NCBI GenBank assembly: GCA_017525605.1
Contig: JAFXSM010000033.1
Location: 10,747 to 74,746, forward strand
DNA from: Treponema sp.
GTDB lineage: Bacteria; Spirochaetota; Spirochaetia; Treponematales; Treponemataceae
Length of the DNA: 64,000 nt
Reading direction: 5' to 3'
This document shows positions 8,984-18,567 of the stretch, piece by piece. A program made the translations under genes and the position numbers. The notes beneath the pieces are model-generated. The model was given only the letters and a program-made list of their open reading frames with translations. It did no database searches and had not been told where the DNA came from. Numbering within the stretch: position 1 is the first letter of the stretch; every line of letters starts with the position of its first letter.

Positions 8984-9907
8984 TTGAAAATGCCCCAGTT
9001 TAACGAAATATTTCTTCACGACACGAAAATTACTTCGCATAAGGGGAATCTTCTTAGGTACATAAGAGATTTTGCGAGAAATAGCCCCGACGACTTTTTG
9101 AATCTGAAAGTGAAAGCCGACGTTCTCGATTTGGATGTCTGCAACGCGCTTTCTGAAATCTATTCCTCGACCGACATTGAATTTGCGGGAATCTCGAAGA
9201 ACGGAAATTACCTTTTCGACAAGAAATTCTTTGCGCGTCGTGCGCAGACATTGAACACGATTGGCCTAGTTTTCGGCTTCGACATGGATTTTGCGGTCGC
9301 GGCGGGGGATTCCGTCAAGCTTTTCCGCGACAGGCTGGACTTTGCTCTTTCGCTTTATCCGAATCACATTTATTTTCCGCAGCTTTTCAATGACATCGCA
9401 AAGCCGACATCGACTTTTTCCACTCAGGACATCGCGAAATGTTCAGAAATCGCAAATGCCGTCGAGACTTTTTACAGCTACGGCAGAAGCGTGACGTGGT
9501 TTTTGTCTGTCTTGAAGCCGCTCAAGATGAATCCTTCAAAATTCTTCCAGGACTTTGCCGAGTGGCAGAATCTCAACAACTGCGGAATAAAAACTGAATG
9601 GAAGCCTTCTTCCGCAAATCATTCCGAAATCGAAAAAATGCAGCTCGAATTCCTGAAATTCAAATACGAGGAGAAAAATCGCCCTGAGCTTTTCGAGGTT
9701 GTCTCGAACATCGTGCGTTTGAACGGCGCACTTTCCCGCTGCTACGGGGAGGGCGAGGAGTCCGTCGTGGAGCTTTCGTACAATCCGGGCGAACTCCTGG
9801 GCTACGGTGCGGCGGACATTCAGAAATTCGCGGAGAATTCAATTCAGGAAAACAGCCATGTGAAAGTTTTCATGGGCGACGAAGGCCCTGATTTTAGGTA
9901 TTGCTGA
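8984..9907 (+). CDS. hypothetical protein, possibly the C-terminal half of a B12/radical-SAM type protein (DUF4080-like)
   Basis: 307 aa with no CxxxCxxC cluster. The resemblance to the tail of radical-SAM proteins is from memory only. Confidence 0.45.
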   Translation: MKMPQFNEIFLHDTKITSHKGNLLRYIRDFARNSPDDFLNLKVKADVLDLDVCNALSEIYSSTDIEFAGISKNGNYLFDKKFFARRAQTLNTIGLVFGFDMDFAVAAGDSVKLFRDRLDFALSLYPNHIYFPQLFNDIAKPTSTFSTQDIAKCSEIANAVETFYSYGRSVTWFLSVLKPLKMNPSKFFQDFAEWQNLNNCGIKTEWKPSSANHSEIEKMQLEFLKFKYEEKNRPELFEVVSNIVRLNGALSRCYGEGEESVVELSYNPGELLGYGAADIQKFAENSIQENSHVKVFMGDEGPDFRYC

Positions 9908-9908
9908 T

Positions 9909-10583
9909 ATGAAAAAAACATCATTTTCTTTTTTGATTAGTTCTGTCATTTGTATTTACTCAATCGTTGTCGCTCCCGCATTGTTTTTCGCGTCCTGCTC
10001 TTCCACAAAAGTCGTCCAGGTTGAAGACAACAACGAATCCGACAATTTGCAGAACCAGAAAACCGAGGAGCAGACTCCGCCGGAAGAAAATTGGAGAGGA
10101 ATCAGCGATATTTCTGAAATCTACGGAACATGGATTTCGGAAGAAGGTCAGAAATATGAGATTCCTTTTGTGCTGAACGAAAAAGAATACATTTTGTACT
10201 GCGGAAAAGAGAGCGACGACACTGAATTGTGGAAATCATGTGCGAAACGCCATTTCTCTTCAATTGAAGATGTGTGGATCAAGCGGTTTGCGTACATTTC
10301 GGAAGTTTACGGGGCGAATTATCCGAGTGCTGATATTAACGGAACGGAAGTCGGCTACAAACTTTTCTGCGAGAAAAATCAATACGGAAAAATCGAAAAA
10401 ATAATTTCGCGTTTTGACAGGCTCATTCCGATGAAAATCGCTGAGCGGAATCTGAATTTTTTCTTCATTTCAAACAGCGGCAAACTGAAAGAAATCGGAA
10501 CTTTTTACATGTATTCTGACAAATTCAAAAATTCTTATGCCGACCCGTTTGTTTATTCAAAATACGAGAATTACTGGAGATGA
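9909..10583 (+). CDS. hypothetical lipoprotein
   Basis: 224 aa. Signal peptide with lipobox FFASC. It is 1 nt after the preceding stop and overlaps the next gene by 4 nt. Confidence 0.7.
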   Translation: MKKTSFSFLISSVICIYSIVVAPALFFASCSSTKVVQVEDNNESDNLQNQKTEEQTPPEENWRGISDISEIYGTWISEEGQKYEIPFVLNEKEYILYCGKESDDTELWKSCAKRHFSSIEDVWIKRFAYISEVYGANYPSADINGTEVGYKLFCEKNQYGKIEKIISRFDRLIPMKIAERNLNFFFISNSGKLKEIGTFYMYSDKFKNSYADPFVYSKYENYWR

Positions 10584-11521
10584 AAAAGTTTTTCCCTCTT
10601 TTGATTTCTGTTTTGCTCTTTTCGCTCTGTGTTTTTCCGAAAGCAAACGCATTGTCTCAGAAAAATGTGTTTTTTCAGAACGAATCTCTTTCTAGGGAAA
10701 TCGGCGTTGTTCTTTCTGGCGGTGGCGGAAAAGGCTCGTACGAAGTCGGTGTCTGGAAAGCGTTCGTCGATTACGGAATCGCGCAGAAAGTTACCGTGAT
10801 TTCTGGCACTAGCGTCGGCGGGCTGAATGCAGCTCTTTTTGCGTGCGAGGAAGTGGACAGGGTAGTCGGATTCTGGGAAAATTTCGTGCCGGAAGAGCTT
10901 TGGAACAATACTTACGAGCTAATCGACGAAAAAGGGCTTGCAAGAATAATAGACAAAGTTGAATTGTCGAAAATGAATGAAAATTCGTATCCGAAAGTTT
11001 ATGTGACAGCGACACGGAAGCGTTTTGCAGTTGCAAAGCTTCTTGCGAAGATATTTCTGGATGCCGATTATTCGCACCGTTTTCTTCTCAATGAGGAAAG
11101 AAGCATTCCTGAGATAAAAAATCTGCTTCTTGCGACATCTGCTTTTCCGATTTTTACAAAAGCAATCGAGCTTAAGGACGGGTACAAATATGTTGACGGC
11201 GGAGTTTGTGACAACACGCCGATTGAGCCGCTTTTGTACGACGGAAACAGGGAGAATCTTTCGAGGATTTTTGTCGTTCATCTCTGTAGCGAATCAGGCT
11301 ATTCAAAAAGATATGAAAACGTGGTCGATGTTTTTCCGTCCAAAAGTCTTGGCGGACTCGACGGCATGATAGATTTTTCCGAATCCACCGTGAAGGACTT
11401 GATTGAGCTTGGGCGTCACGATACTGCAGAAGTTTTGGAAGACCTCGGCTTGCATCCCGTTTCGTATTATTGGTTCAATGAAAGTCGAAATTTTATCGGT
11501 GAGAGTAAAGAAAATTTCTAG
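10580..11521 (+). CDS. secreted patatin-like phospholipase
   Basis: 313 aa. Signal peptide, oxyanion GGGGKGSYEVG, nucleophile GTSVGG (GxSxG) and DGG catalytic Asp motif. Confidence 0.85.
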   Translation: MKKFFPLLISVLLFSLCVFPKANALSQKNVFFQNESLSREIGVVLSGGGGKGSYEVGVWKAFVDYGIAQKVTVISGTSVGGLNAALFACEEVDRVVGFWENFVPEELWNNTYELIDEKGLARIIDKVELSKMNENSYPKVYVTATRKRFAVAKLLAKIFLDADYSHRFLLNEERSIPEIKNLLLATSAFPIFTKAIELKDGYKYVDGGVCDNTPIEPLLYDGNRENLSRIFVVHLCSESGYSKRYENVVDVFPSKSLGGLDGMIDFSESTVKDLIELGRHDTAEVLEDLGLHPVSYYWFNESRNFIGESKENF

Positions 11522-11563
11522 TTGCATTTTTCTATTTTGTCAGAAATTTTGTGAAAAAAAATG

Positions 11564-11590
11564 TTGACGAATTTTAATCGGAATTAGTAT
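11564..11590 (+). promoter_or_regulatory. candidate sigma-70 promoter of grpE-dnaK-dnaJ
   Basis: TTGACG (11564-11569) and TAGTAT (11585-11590). The spacer is only 15 nt, so the call is weak. Confidence 0.3.
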
Positions 11591-11627
11591 TTTCAAAGTA
11601 AAAGAAAAGATTATCAGGGATCAGAAT

Positions 11628-12275
11628 ATGAGCGAAGAAACAGCAAAAGAAACTGAAAAGACTGAGAATCAGTGCGAGAACGCTGAGAATCAGAATCAGA
11701 CAGAAGAAAAAGTTGAGAATCAGACAAATCAGGCAGAGGAAAAGGCTGGGTCTGAAAAAGAAGCTGAGTCCGAAGAGAAAAAAGAAGAGACCAGCGAGGA
11801 AAAAATCGCCCGACTCGAAAAAGAGGTCGAGGCATTGAAGGCGCAGATTGAGGAGTCGAAGAAAGAGGCTCTCTACAGGGCTGCCGAAAACGAGAACTGG
11901 CGAAAAAGAATGATGCAGCAGAAAGAGGACGCAGTCGCTTATGCGAACTCAAGCCTTCTTTCTGATTTGCTTGACAGCTTGGACAACTTTGACAGGACTG
12001 TCGAGTCTGCCGCGACTGCCACTGACCCGAAATCAATTGCCGACGGCGTTACGATGATAAATAAGTCGCTCGTCGGAATGCTTGAAAGCAAGTATGGTCT
12101 TGTCGGCTACGGTGCGGTCGGCGACGCTTTCGACCCTGACATTCACGAGGCAATCGGAATGCAGGAAGGCGACGTTAGCGAAGAGCAGCTTGCGGCCGTG
12201 TATCTCAAGGGATACAAGCTCAAGGACAAAGTAATCAGGCACGCGAAGGTCATGGTTGTAAAACCGAAAGCGTGA
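11628..12275 (+). CDS. grpE: nucleotide exchange factor GrpE with acidic N-terminal extension
   Basis: 215 aa. GrpE core (YRAAENENWRKR...GYKLKDKVIRHAKVMV). Located immediately upstream of dnaK. Confidence 0.93.
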   Translation: MSEETAKETEKTENQCENAENQNQTEEKVENQTNQAEEKAGSEKEAESEEKKEETSEEKIARLEKEVEALKAQIEESKKEALYRAAENENWRKRMMQQKEDAVAYANSSLLSDLLDSLDNFDRTVESAATATDPKSIADGVTMINKSLVGMLESKYGLVGYGAVGDAFDPDIHEAIGMQEGDVSEEQLAAVYLKGYKLKDKVIRHAKVMVVKPKA

Positions 12276-12329
12276 AAAATAAACAAAACAACCAAAACGA
12301 CAAACGGAATAATTTAAGGAGAAAATAAA

Positions 12330-14273
12330 ATGGGAAAGATTATTGGTATTGACTTGGGAACGACAAACTCTTGCGTTTCAGTAATGGAAAATGGAAAGCC
12401 TGTTGTAATTCAGAATTCTGAGGGCGGAAGAACTACTCCTTCTATCGTCGGCTTCACAGCAAAGGGCGAGAGAATCGTCGGTCTTCCTGCAAAGAACCAG
12501 ATGGTCACAAATCCAAAAAACACTGTCTATTCTATCAAGCGTTTCATCGGACACAGATATTCTGAATTGACTGGAGAAGCTACACGCGTTCCATATACAG
12601 TCGTTGACAACGGTCAGGACGTTCGCGTTGAGGTCACAGAGAACGGCGAGCAGAAAAAGTTCTCTCCACAGGAAATCTCAGCATTCATTCTCCAGAAGAT
12701 GAAGAAGACTGCGGAGGATTATCTTGGCGAGCCGGTCACGGACGCAGTAATCACAGTTCCTGCATACTTCAACGACTCACAGAGACAGGCAACTAAGGAC
12801 GCTGGAAAAATCGCAGGTCTCAACGTTCAGAGAATCATCAACGAGCCGACTGCGGCTGCTCTTGCATTCGGTTTCGAGAAAGACCAGTCAAAAGAGAAGA
12901 CAATCGCTGTTTACGACTTGGGTGGCGGTACATTCGATATCTCTATCCTTGAGCTTGCTGACGGCGTTTTCGAAGTAAAATCAACAAACGGTGATACACA
13001 CCTCGGTGGTGACGACTGGGACCGCAAGGTCGTCAACTGGCTCATCGACGGATTCAAGGCTGACACAGGAATCGATTTGAGCGGTGACTCAATGGCATTG
13101 CAGAGACTCCGCGAGGCTGCTGAGAACGCAAAGATTTCTCTTTCAAACCAGACATCGGTCGATATCAACCTTCCGTTCATCACAGCTGATGCTACAGGTC
13201 CAAAGCACTTGCAGAAGTCTTTGACACGCGCGCAGTTCGAGCAGATGACAGATGATTTGTTCGAGAGAACAAAGGCTCCTTGTATCACGGCAATGAAAGA
13301 CGCAGGCGTTACTGCTGACCAGATTGACGAGGTTCTCCTTGTCGGTGGTTCTTCAAGAATGCCGAAAGTTCAGGAAATCGTAAAAGCAATCTTCGGAAAG
13401 GAAGGTTCAAAATCTGTAAACCCAGATGAAGCTGTTGCAGTCGGTGCAGCTGTTCAGGGCGGCGTTATCAAGGGCGACGTAAAGGACGTGCTCCTTCTCG
13501 ATGTAACACCTCTTTCACTCGGTATCGAGACAATGGGCGGCGTATTCACACCACTCATCGAGAAGAACACTCCAATCCCTACCACGAAGAGCCAGGTGTT
13601 CTCAACTGCGGCTGACGGTCAGACAGCAGTTACAATCCACGTTCTTCAGGGTGAACGCCCGATGGCAAAGGACAACAGAACGCTCGGAAACTTCAACTTG
13701 GAAGGAATCCCGGCAGCTCCACGCGGTGTTCCGCAGATTGAGGTCACATTCGACATCGATGCGAACGGTATCGTTCACGTTTCTGCACTGGACAAGGGAA
13801 CTGGAAAAGAGACACACATTCAGATTACTTCTTCTTCAGGTCTTTCTGAGGACGAAATCAACAGGATGGTCAAAGATGCAGAGGCACACGCTGACGAGGA
13901 CAAGAAGGCAAAGGACGCTGTTGACGCACGCAACGAGGCAGATTCTCTCATCAACGCGACAGACAAGAGCTTGAAGGAACTCGGCGACAAAGTTTCAGGT
14001 GCTGACAAGCAGGCTATCGACGATGCTAAGGCTGCATTGCAGAAGGCTCTCGAAGGCAATAATGTTGAGGACATCAAGGCAAAGACTGAGGCTTTGAAGC
14101 AGGCTTCTTACAAGATTGCTGAGCAGCTCTATCAGCAGCAGGGCGCAGCAGGGGCTGCAGGCGCAGGAGCTGGTCCACAGGGCGGTGCAAATGCAGGGGA
14201 GTCTGACGGCGAGTTCAAGAGCGCAGGCTCTAGCAAGACTGATGATGCTCAGTTTGAAGTTCATGACAACTAA
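12330..14273 (+). CDS. dnaK: molecular chaperone DnaK (Hsp70)
   Basis: 647 aa. [24 protein letters not shown] and the full Hsp70 pattern. Confidence 0.99.
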   Translation: MGKIIGIDLGTTNSCVSVMENGKPVVIQNSEGGRTTPSIVGFTAKGERIVGLPAKNQMVTNPKNTVYSIKRFIGHRYSELTGEATRVPYTVVDNGQDVRVEVTENGEQKKFSPQEISAFILQKMKKTAEDYLGEPVTDAVITVPAYFNDSQRQATKDAGKIAGLNVQRIINEPTAAALAFGFEKDQSKEKTIAVYDLGGGTFDISILELADGVFEVKSTNGDTHLGGDDWDRKVVNWLIDGFKADTGIDLSGDSMALQRLREAAENAKISLSNQTSVDINLPFITADATGPKHLQKSLTRAQFEQMTDDLFERTKAPCITAMKDAGVTADQIDEVLLVGGSSRMPKVQEIVKAIFGKEGSKSVNPDEAVAVGAAVQGGVIKGDVKDVLLLDVTPLSLGIETMGGVFTPLIEKNTPIPTTKSQVFSTAADGQTAVTIHVLQGERPMAKDNRTLGNFNLEGIPAAPRGVPQIEVTFDIDANGIVHVSALDKGTGKETHIQITSSSGLSEDEINRMVKDAEAHADEDKKAKDAVDARNEADSLINATDKSLKELGDKVSGADKQAIDDAKAALQKALEGNNVEDIKAKTEALKQASYKIAEQLYQQQGAAGAAGAGAGPQGGANAGESDGEFKSAGSSKTDDAQFEVHDN

Positions 14274-14307
14274 TAGATTTGTTCTGTAAGTTGCTATAAG
14301 TTGACGA

Positions 14308-14343
14308 TTTACCCCTTCAATGGTTCGAAGGGGTAAATTTTTT
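14308..14343 (+). terminator. strong hairpin plus T-run between dnaK and dnaJ (internal terminator/attenuator)
   Basis: TTTACCCCTTC-loop-GAAGGGGTAAA is a perfect 11-bp stem, followed by TTTTTT. It lies 12 nt before the dnaJ ATG. Confidence 0.75.
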
Positions 14344-14354
14344 GAGGAAGTAAA

Positions 14355-15485
14355 ATGGCTACAAAACGAGATTATTATGAAGTCCTTGGCGTTCAGAAAG
14401 AGGCCAGCAAAGACGAGATAAAAAGAGCATACAGAAAGCTTGCAGTAAAATATCATCCTGACAAGAATCCTGGTGACAAGGAAGCTGAGGAAAAATTCAA
14501 GGAAGCTACCGAAGCATACGAAGTTTTGTCCGACGACCAGAAGAAAGCCGCATACGACCAATACGGATTCGCTGGTGTTGACGGAATGGGCGGCGGTGGC
14601 GGTTACAGCCATGCTTACGAGGATTTCAGCGATTTGTTCAGCGGTTCGGGCTTCGGCGACATCTTCGACAGGATTTTCGGCGGCGGAAGGGGCGGCTTCG
14701 GCGGCCATTCGTCGTATTCAGGTCCGGTTCAGGGCGACAGTTTGAGATATGACCTTTCGATTTCGTTCAAGGAAGCTGTTTTCGGCACGAAGGCTGACAT
14801 AAAATTCAGGCATGAAGAATGTTGTTCATCTTGCAACGGTTCGGGCGCGGCTCCTGACGGAAAGAAAGTCACTTGTAAAACTTGTGGCGGAATCGGTCAG
14901 GTGAGACGCTCAACAGGCTTCTTCTCGATTCAGCAGACTTGTCCTACTTGCGGAGGTTCAGGCCACTCAATCGACAAGCCGTGTACGAAGTGCCGCGGAA
15001 AAGGCTCGGAGTCAGTCCTCAAGCACATCACTCTTACGATTCCTGCCGGCGTTGAGAACGGAAGGCGCATGGTTCTCCGCGGAATGGGCAATGTTGGCGA
15101 AAACGGAAAGAATCCTGGCGACCTCGTAGTGTTCCTCCATGTCGAGAACCACAAATTCTTCGAACGCCACGAAGACGACTTGTATTGTGCAGTTCCAATC
15201 AGCGCGACTCAGGCAATGCTCGGCGCGACGCTGAATATTTCGACACTCGACGGAAAAAAGGCGGAGCTTTCAGTTCCTGCAGGTTCGCAGAACGGCGATT
15301 TCCTCACTTTGAGGGGCGAGGGCGTTCCGCGTTCTTCCGGCTCGCGAGGCGACATGAAAGTGAAGCTCATCGTGAAAATCCCTACGAGAATGACGGGCGA
15401 GCAGAAACGCCTCATGGAGCAGTTCGCGAAAATCGAAAACGCGACGACATCACCAGAATGCGTTTCGCTTGATTCATTGCGATAA
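14355..15485 (+). CDS. dnaJ: molecular chaperone DnaJ
   Basis: 376 aa. J domain with HPD (KYHPDKN), Gly-rich linker, and four CxxCxGxG zinc motifs. Confidence 0.98.
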   Translation: MATKRDYYEVLGVQKEASKDEIKRAYRKLAVKYHPDKNPGDKEAEEKFKEATEAYEVLSDDQKKAAYDQYGFAGVDGMGGGGGYSHAYEDFSDLFSGSGFGDIFDRIFGGGRGGFGGHSSYSGPVQGDSLRYDLSISFKEAVFGTKADIKFRHEECCSSCNGSGAAPDGKKVTCKTCGGIGQVRRSTGFFSIQQTCPTCGGSGHSIDKPCTKCRGKGSESVLKHITLTIPAGVENGRRMVLRGMGNVGENGKNPGDLVVFLHVENHKFFERHEDDLYCAVPISATQAMLGATLNISTLDGKKAELSVPAGSQNGDFLTLRGEGVPRSSGSRGDMKVKLIVKIPTRMTGEQKRLMEQFAKIENATTSPECVSLDSLR

Positions 15486-15503
15486 AATATTTTGAATTCT
15501 TTC

Positions 15504-15537
15504 GACATCGCTTATCTAAGCGGTGTCTTTTTTATTT
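15504..15537 (+). terminator. intrinsic terminator after dnaJ
   Basis: GACATCGCTT-ATCT-AAGCGGTGTC (one G-U pair) followed by TTTTTTATTT. Confidence 0.75.
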
Positions 15538-15543
15538 ACAGCG

Positions 15544-16332
15544 TCAATCCCATGTTTTATATCCAGAGCCTGTTATCGGGATTTCTTCTCCGAGGTATGT
15601 CGGCTGTGCGTTGAACAGGACGAGGAAGAATGTTTTCACTCGTGCGAGCGACTCCCGGATTTCCCATTTTAGATGTAGTGCTTTTCGGAAGCGGTTCAGC
15701 TCCGGCGCGTCGTAGCCGACTGCGTTGATTCCGAGTTTTTTCGCGATGTACAGTGAGCGGTACAAATGGAATCTCTGCGTTACGATTACAGCGTCTTTCA
15801 CGCAAAACACGTCGCGTGCCCTGTACATCGTCTCGTATGTTGAAAATCCAGCGTGATCCATGAAAATCAGGTTTTCGTCGGCTTTGTAGATTTTTCGAAT
15901 GTAGAGCCTTGCAGCGTTCACTTCGTCGTAATCTTTTCTTCCGTGGTCGCCTGAGACAAGCACTTTTTGCACCGTTCCGTTTTTCAGAAGTTCCATTCCG
16001 CCCGCGATTCTGTCCCTGTAAACGTGCGAAATAACGTTGTTTTTGTAAACCATTGCGCCGGGAACTATTGCGACATATCTCTCCGGCACGTCGGCATAAT
16101 CCGTGTGGATTAGGTCTTTCGTTGAAAGAATCATGTACGCATTTATTACGATTATCGTGATTACAGAAATGCAGGCAAGAATCGCAACAGGAAGAATCAG
16201 CTTTTTCAGAATCGATTTTGTTTTTTGCAGTATTTTCAGAAGCGTTTTCAGAATAAGCGCATTTGCATTCCGAATATGCGGAAGAATTTTTTCAAATGCG
16301 CTTTTCAATATTTTAAGCGGATTTTTTTTCAT
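15544..16332 (-). CDS. sanA: SanA/YdcF (DUF218) family membrane protein
   Basis: 262 aa. N-terminal TM segment and DUF218 core (VLVSGDHGRKDYDEVNAARLY, IVTQRFHLYRSLYIAK). Confidence 0.8.
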   Translation of the reverse strand: MKKNPLKILKSAFEKILPHIRNANALILKTLLKILQKTKSILKKLILPVAILACISVITIIVINAYMILSTKDLIHTDYADVPERYVAIVPGAMVYKNNVISHVYRDRIAGGMELLKNGTVQKVLVSGDHGRKDYDEVNAARLYIRKIYKADENLIFMDHAGFSTYETMYRARDVFCVKDAVIVTQRFHLYRSLYIAKKLGINAVGYDAPELNRFRKALHLKWEIRESLARVKTFFLVLFNAQPTYLGEEIPITGSGYKTWD

Positions 16333-16370
16333 GCGGATAAGTTTATCAGAAAAGGGAAAGAGAAGAATCT

Positions 16371-16400
16371 CTCTTTATAAGTCTTTATAACTCTTTATAG
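16371..16400. repeat. three phased 10-bp direct repeats CTTTATA(A/G)
   Basis: CTCTTTATAA GTCTTTATAA CTCTTTATAG occupy exactly consecutive 10-bp registers, about 40 nt upstream of the sanA start. Confidence 0.8.
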
Positions 16401-16501
16401 TTTTTTACAATTTTCAAAAACAATGCAGAGCGGATGCGAATTCCTCAAAAAACATGGATTTTGTAGTTCAATGCGGGTAAGATGTTCTTGGAGGTACGAA
16501 T

Positions 16502-16753
16502 ATGTCTTATGATTCTGTTGCAAGCGCAATTCCTTCTATGACCTATGACGAGCAGATAAATTTGCTTTCCATATTGATAGATGCCGTGAAAAGAGGCATA
16601 CACAGCATCCCTGAAAAAAAATCGGAAGCAAAAGACCACAGGGACTCCTATCCTGATGGCTATTTCGACTTGTTTGGCTCTTGTGATGACGATTCTTTCG
16701 TAGAGCCGGAAGAACTTTCATGGGAATTAGAAGAAAAGAAGGAGTTTTTCTGA
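16502..16753 (+). CDS. putative antitoxin of the adjacent PIN toxin (no recognisable DNA-binding fold)
   Basis: 83 aa with an acidic C-terminus. GGAGG lies 7 nt upstream. Its stop overlaps the vapC ATG (TGATG). Confidence 0.6.
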   Translation: MSYDSVASAIPSMTYDEQINLLSILIDAVKRGIHSIPEKKSEAKDHRDSYPDGYFDLFGSCDDDSFVEPEELSWELEEKKEFF

Positions 16754-17154
16754 TGTATTATTTGGATTCAAATGTAGTTATTGATGCTACAGCAAGGAAA
16801 ACTGCGAATTTGCTGTTGCCATATTTTGAGAAGTTGGAGCCGTCAGAAATCTGCATTCCATCAATCGTTCTTGCTGAATTGGTGTTTGGTGCCCGACATT
16901 CCAGAGATTATGAAAAGAATCTGAAAATTGTTTCGGAATTTATAGCTCCATATCGAATAGTTCCTTTTTCAGAAAAAGAAGCTGTTGCCTACGGAAAAAT
17001 CCGGGAGCAGCTTACAAAAGATGGAAAGTTGATTGGACCGAACGATATGCTTATTGCGGCAACTGCCCTTGCAAACAATGCGGTTCTTGTAACGCACAAT
17101 ACAGATGAATTTTCCAGGGTCGCTGGGTTGGTGATTGAAGACTGGAGAAAATAA
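16753..17154 (+). CDS. vapC: PIN-domain ribonuclease toxin (VapC family)
   Basis: ORF 16720..17154; internal ATG at 16753 (MYYLDSNVVID...). Conserved acidic positions are in DSN, AEL, NDMLIAA and THN. Confidence 0.85.
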   Translation: MYYLDSNVVIDATARKTANLLLPYFEKLEPSEICIPSIVLAELVFGARHSRDYEKNLKIVSEFIAPYRIVPFSEKEAVAYGKIREQLTKDGKLIGPNDMLIAATALANNAVLVTHNTDEFSRVAGLVIEDWRK

Positions 17155-17166
17155 AAAGGGGGCGTA

Positions 17167-17871
17167 ATGTTCGCCAAAGAGCATGATTCGGATTTTGAAA
17201 AAGTGATTTCCCTCCTTGAGGGCGACGAGGACATGCTTTATTTTCTGGGCTACTGCAGAAAGCGAATCGACGGGCTTAGGAAAGAGGCACTTTCCGATTT
17301 GGACAAGTTCATCGATTCATTCTCCAATCGCGATTTCGAGCGTAGGAAGCGTTTTATAAAAATCATTCTGGATTCCGCTGACTCCTCGTGCGATTCTCCG
17401 AGGACGATGAGCCACAATCTGAACGAGCGGATAATAAAGCCGACCCTTGACGAATGGGCAAAGACCGAAAGAGCGAATTTCCTTCCGTTTTATTGGAAGG
17501 CGAAATATTTTCATGACCACGAAGCCCTTGAATACGCAGTAAAGACCTTTCCGAATGAGCAGAAGCCGCTTGTGCTTTCGATTGAGCGGGACATATGGTA
17601 TCTGTACTATGCGACCCACCACCTGCCGGAAGGCTACATCGGATACGTTGACGAGGACTTGCCCATCGTGGAAGAAGTCGAAAAAAGAATCGTCCGTGTG
17701 GAAGATGAAAAGACAAGAGATGAATTGAACGCCGATTTTCAGTTTTACAAGGAACTTGTTCTGAACTATCGCGAATGGAGAATGTCCGGCGAGCCGAACT
17801 TAGAGGAGTGGGGCAGGAAAACCGGAAAAAATGTAGATAGCGGGGTGCGGGCGTATTGTTATCGGAGATGA
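17167..17871 (+). CDS. hypothetical protein
   Basis: 234-aa ORF 13 nt after vapC. No recognisable domain. Confidence 0.6.
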   Translation: MFAKEHDSDFEKVISLLEGDEDMLYFLGYCRKRIDGLRKEALSDLDKFIDSFSNRDFERRKRFIKIILDSADSSCDSPRTMSHNLNERIIKPTLDEWAKTERANFLPFYWKAKYFHDHEALEYAVKTFPNEQKPLVLSIERDIWYLYYATHHLPEGYIGYVDEDLPIVEEVEKRIVRVEDEKTRDELNADFQFYKELVLNYREWRMSGEPNLEEWGRKTGKNVDSGVRAYCYRR

Positions 17872-18023
17872 TGGAGCGGGAAAAACTACTCCGTCTGAAA
17901 AATCCGAAATTAGAACGGAAACTGCTTTGTAAGTCTCTTGCCGGAAAAACTTGCGCCGTGTAAAGATTTTAAAGATTACGAACAGGATTTCACGAAAATA
18001 TTTTTTGGAATGAAATACCTTTT

Positions 18024-18194
18024 ACAAAAAACAGGCCGCACACGACGTGCGACCACACTTTGCAGAATCTTGTTTTCACAAAGAGGGACGTACAGGATGT
18101 ACGTCCACACTTTAGCAGAACCGCCATGCAGTTCTGCGTAGTTTTGATACGGCACGGATGCCGTATCAAAACTACTTATTCTGTTGGGCGTTTC
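18024..18194 (-). repeat. Direct repeat A: duplicated argG 3-prime end plus four-hairpin 3-prime UTR
   Basis: It aligns with 19955-20123 at roughly nine positions in ten by eye. It includes a decayed copy of the last argG codons and stop (18176-18194, minus sense) and a copy of the argG terminator hairpin. Confidence 0.9.
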
Positions 18195-18289
18195 GTCTTT
18201 CATTTTTTTCCTCGTCCCATTCAAAACGTCCGTCCGCACTTATTACAGTTTTACATGTACAAAAAATGATGTCTATTTTTCCACCCTTT

Positions 18290-18342
18290 CGGGTATAAAA
18301 ACAGCAATTTCACTTTAAATTATACCCGTTCGGTTGTAAAAT
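18290..18342 (+). promoter_or_regulatory. candidate hipB operator/promoter
   Basis: Inverted repeat CGGGTATAA (18290-18298) / TTATACCCG (18320-18328). TAAAAT at 18337-18342 is only 6 nt before the hipB ATG, and there is no Shine-Dalgarno. Confidence 0.4.
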
Positions 18343-18348
18343 AGATGC

Positions 18349-18567
18349 ATGAACCAGATTGCCCAATTCGTCAAGACCGAGCGGAAAAAAGCAGGTCTTA
18401 CACAGGAGGATTTCTCTATTCGCAGTGGGCTAGGCTTGCGCTTTGTGCGTGAGCTCGAGCAGGGCAAAGAAACTTGCCGCATGGACAAGGTGAATCACGC
18501 ACTGTCAATGTTCGGTTGCACACTCGGAGTCGTAAGAATGCCACGCGAAGAGGAGATGGAGAAATGA
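18349..18567 (+). CDS. hipB: XRE/Cro-type HTH protein, HipB component of a tripartite HipBST-like module
   Basis: 72 aa. HTH LTQEDFSIRSGLGLRFVRELEQGK. Its stop overlaps the next start (ATGA). Confidence 0.85.
   Translation: MNQIAQFVKTERKKAGLTQEDFSIRSGLGLRFVRELEQGKETCRMDKVNHALSMFGCTLGVVRMPREEEMEK

Noticed and set aside
14308-14343. GGTTCGAA, which resembles a tRNA T-arm, occurs in the dnaK-dnaJ spacer.
   Set aside because: The surrounding sequence forms a simple 11-bp terminator hairpin with no acceptor, D or anticodon arms, so it is not a tRNA.
17938-18269. ORFs inside the argG-UTR repeats (17938..18141, 18060..18269, 17976..18239, 19889..20098, 19990..20193, 19741..20094).
   Set aside because: They span hairpin and terminator sequence and differ between the two repeat copies by frame-breaking indels. 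They have no RBS, so they are by-products of the repeat.
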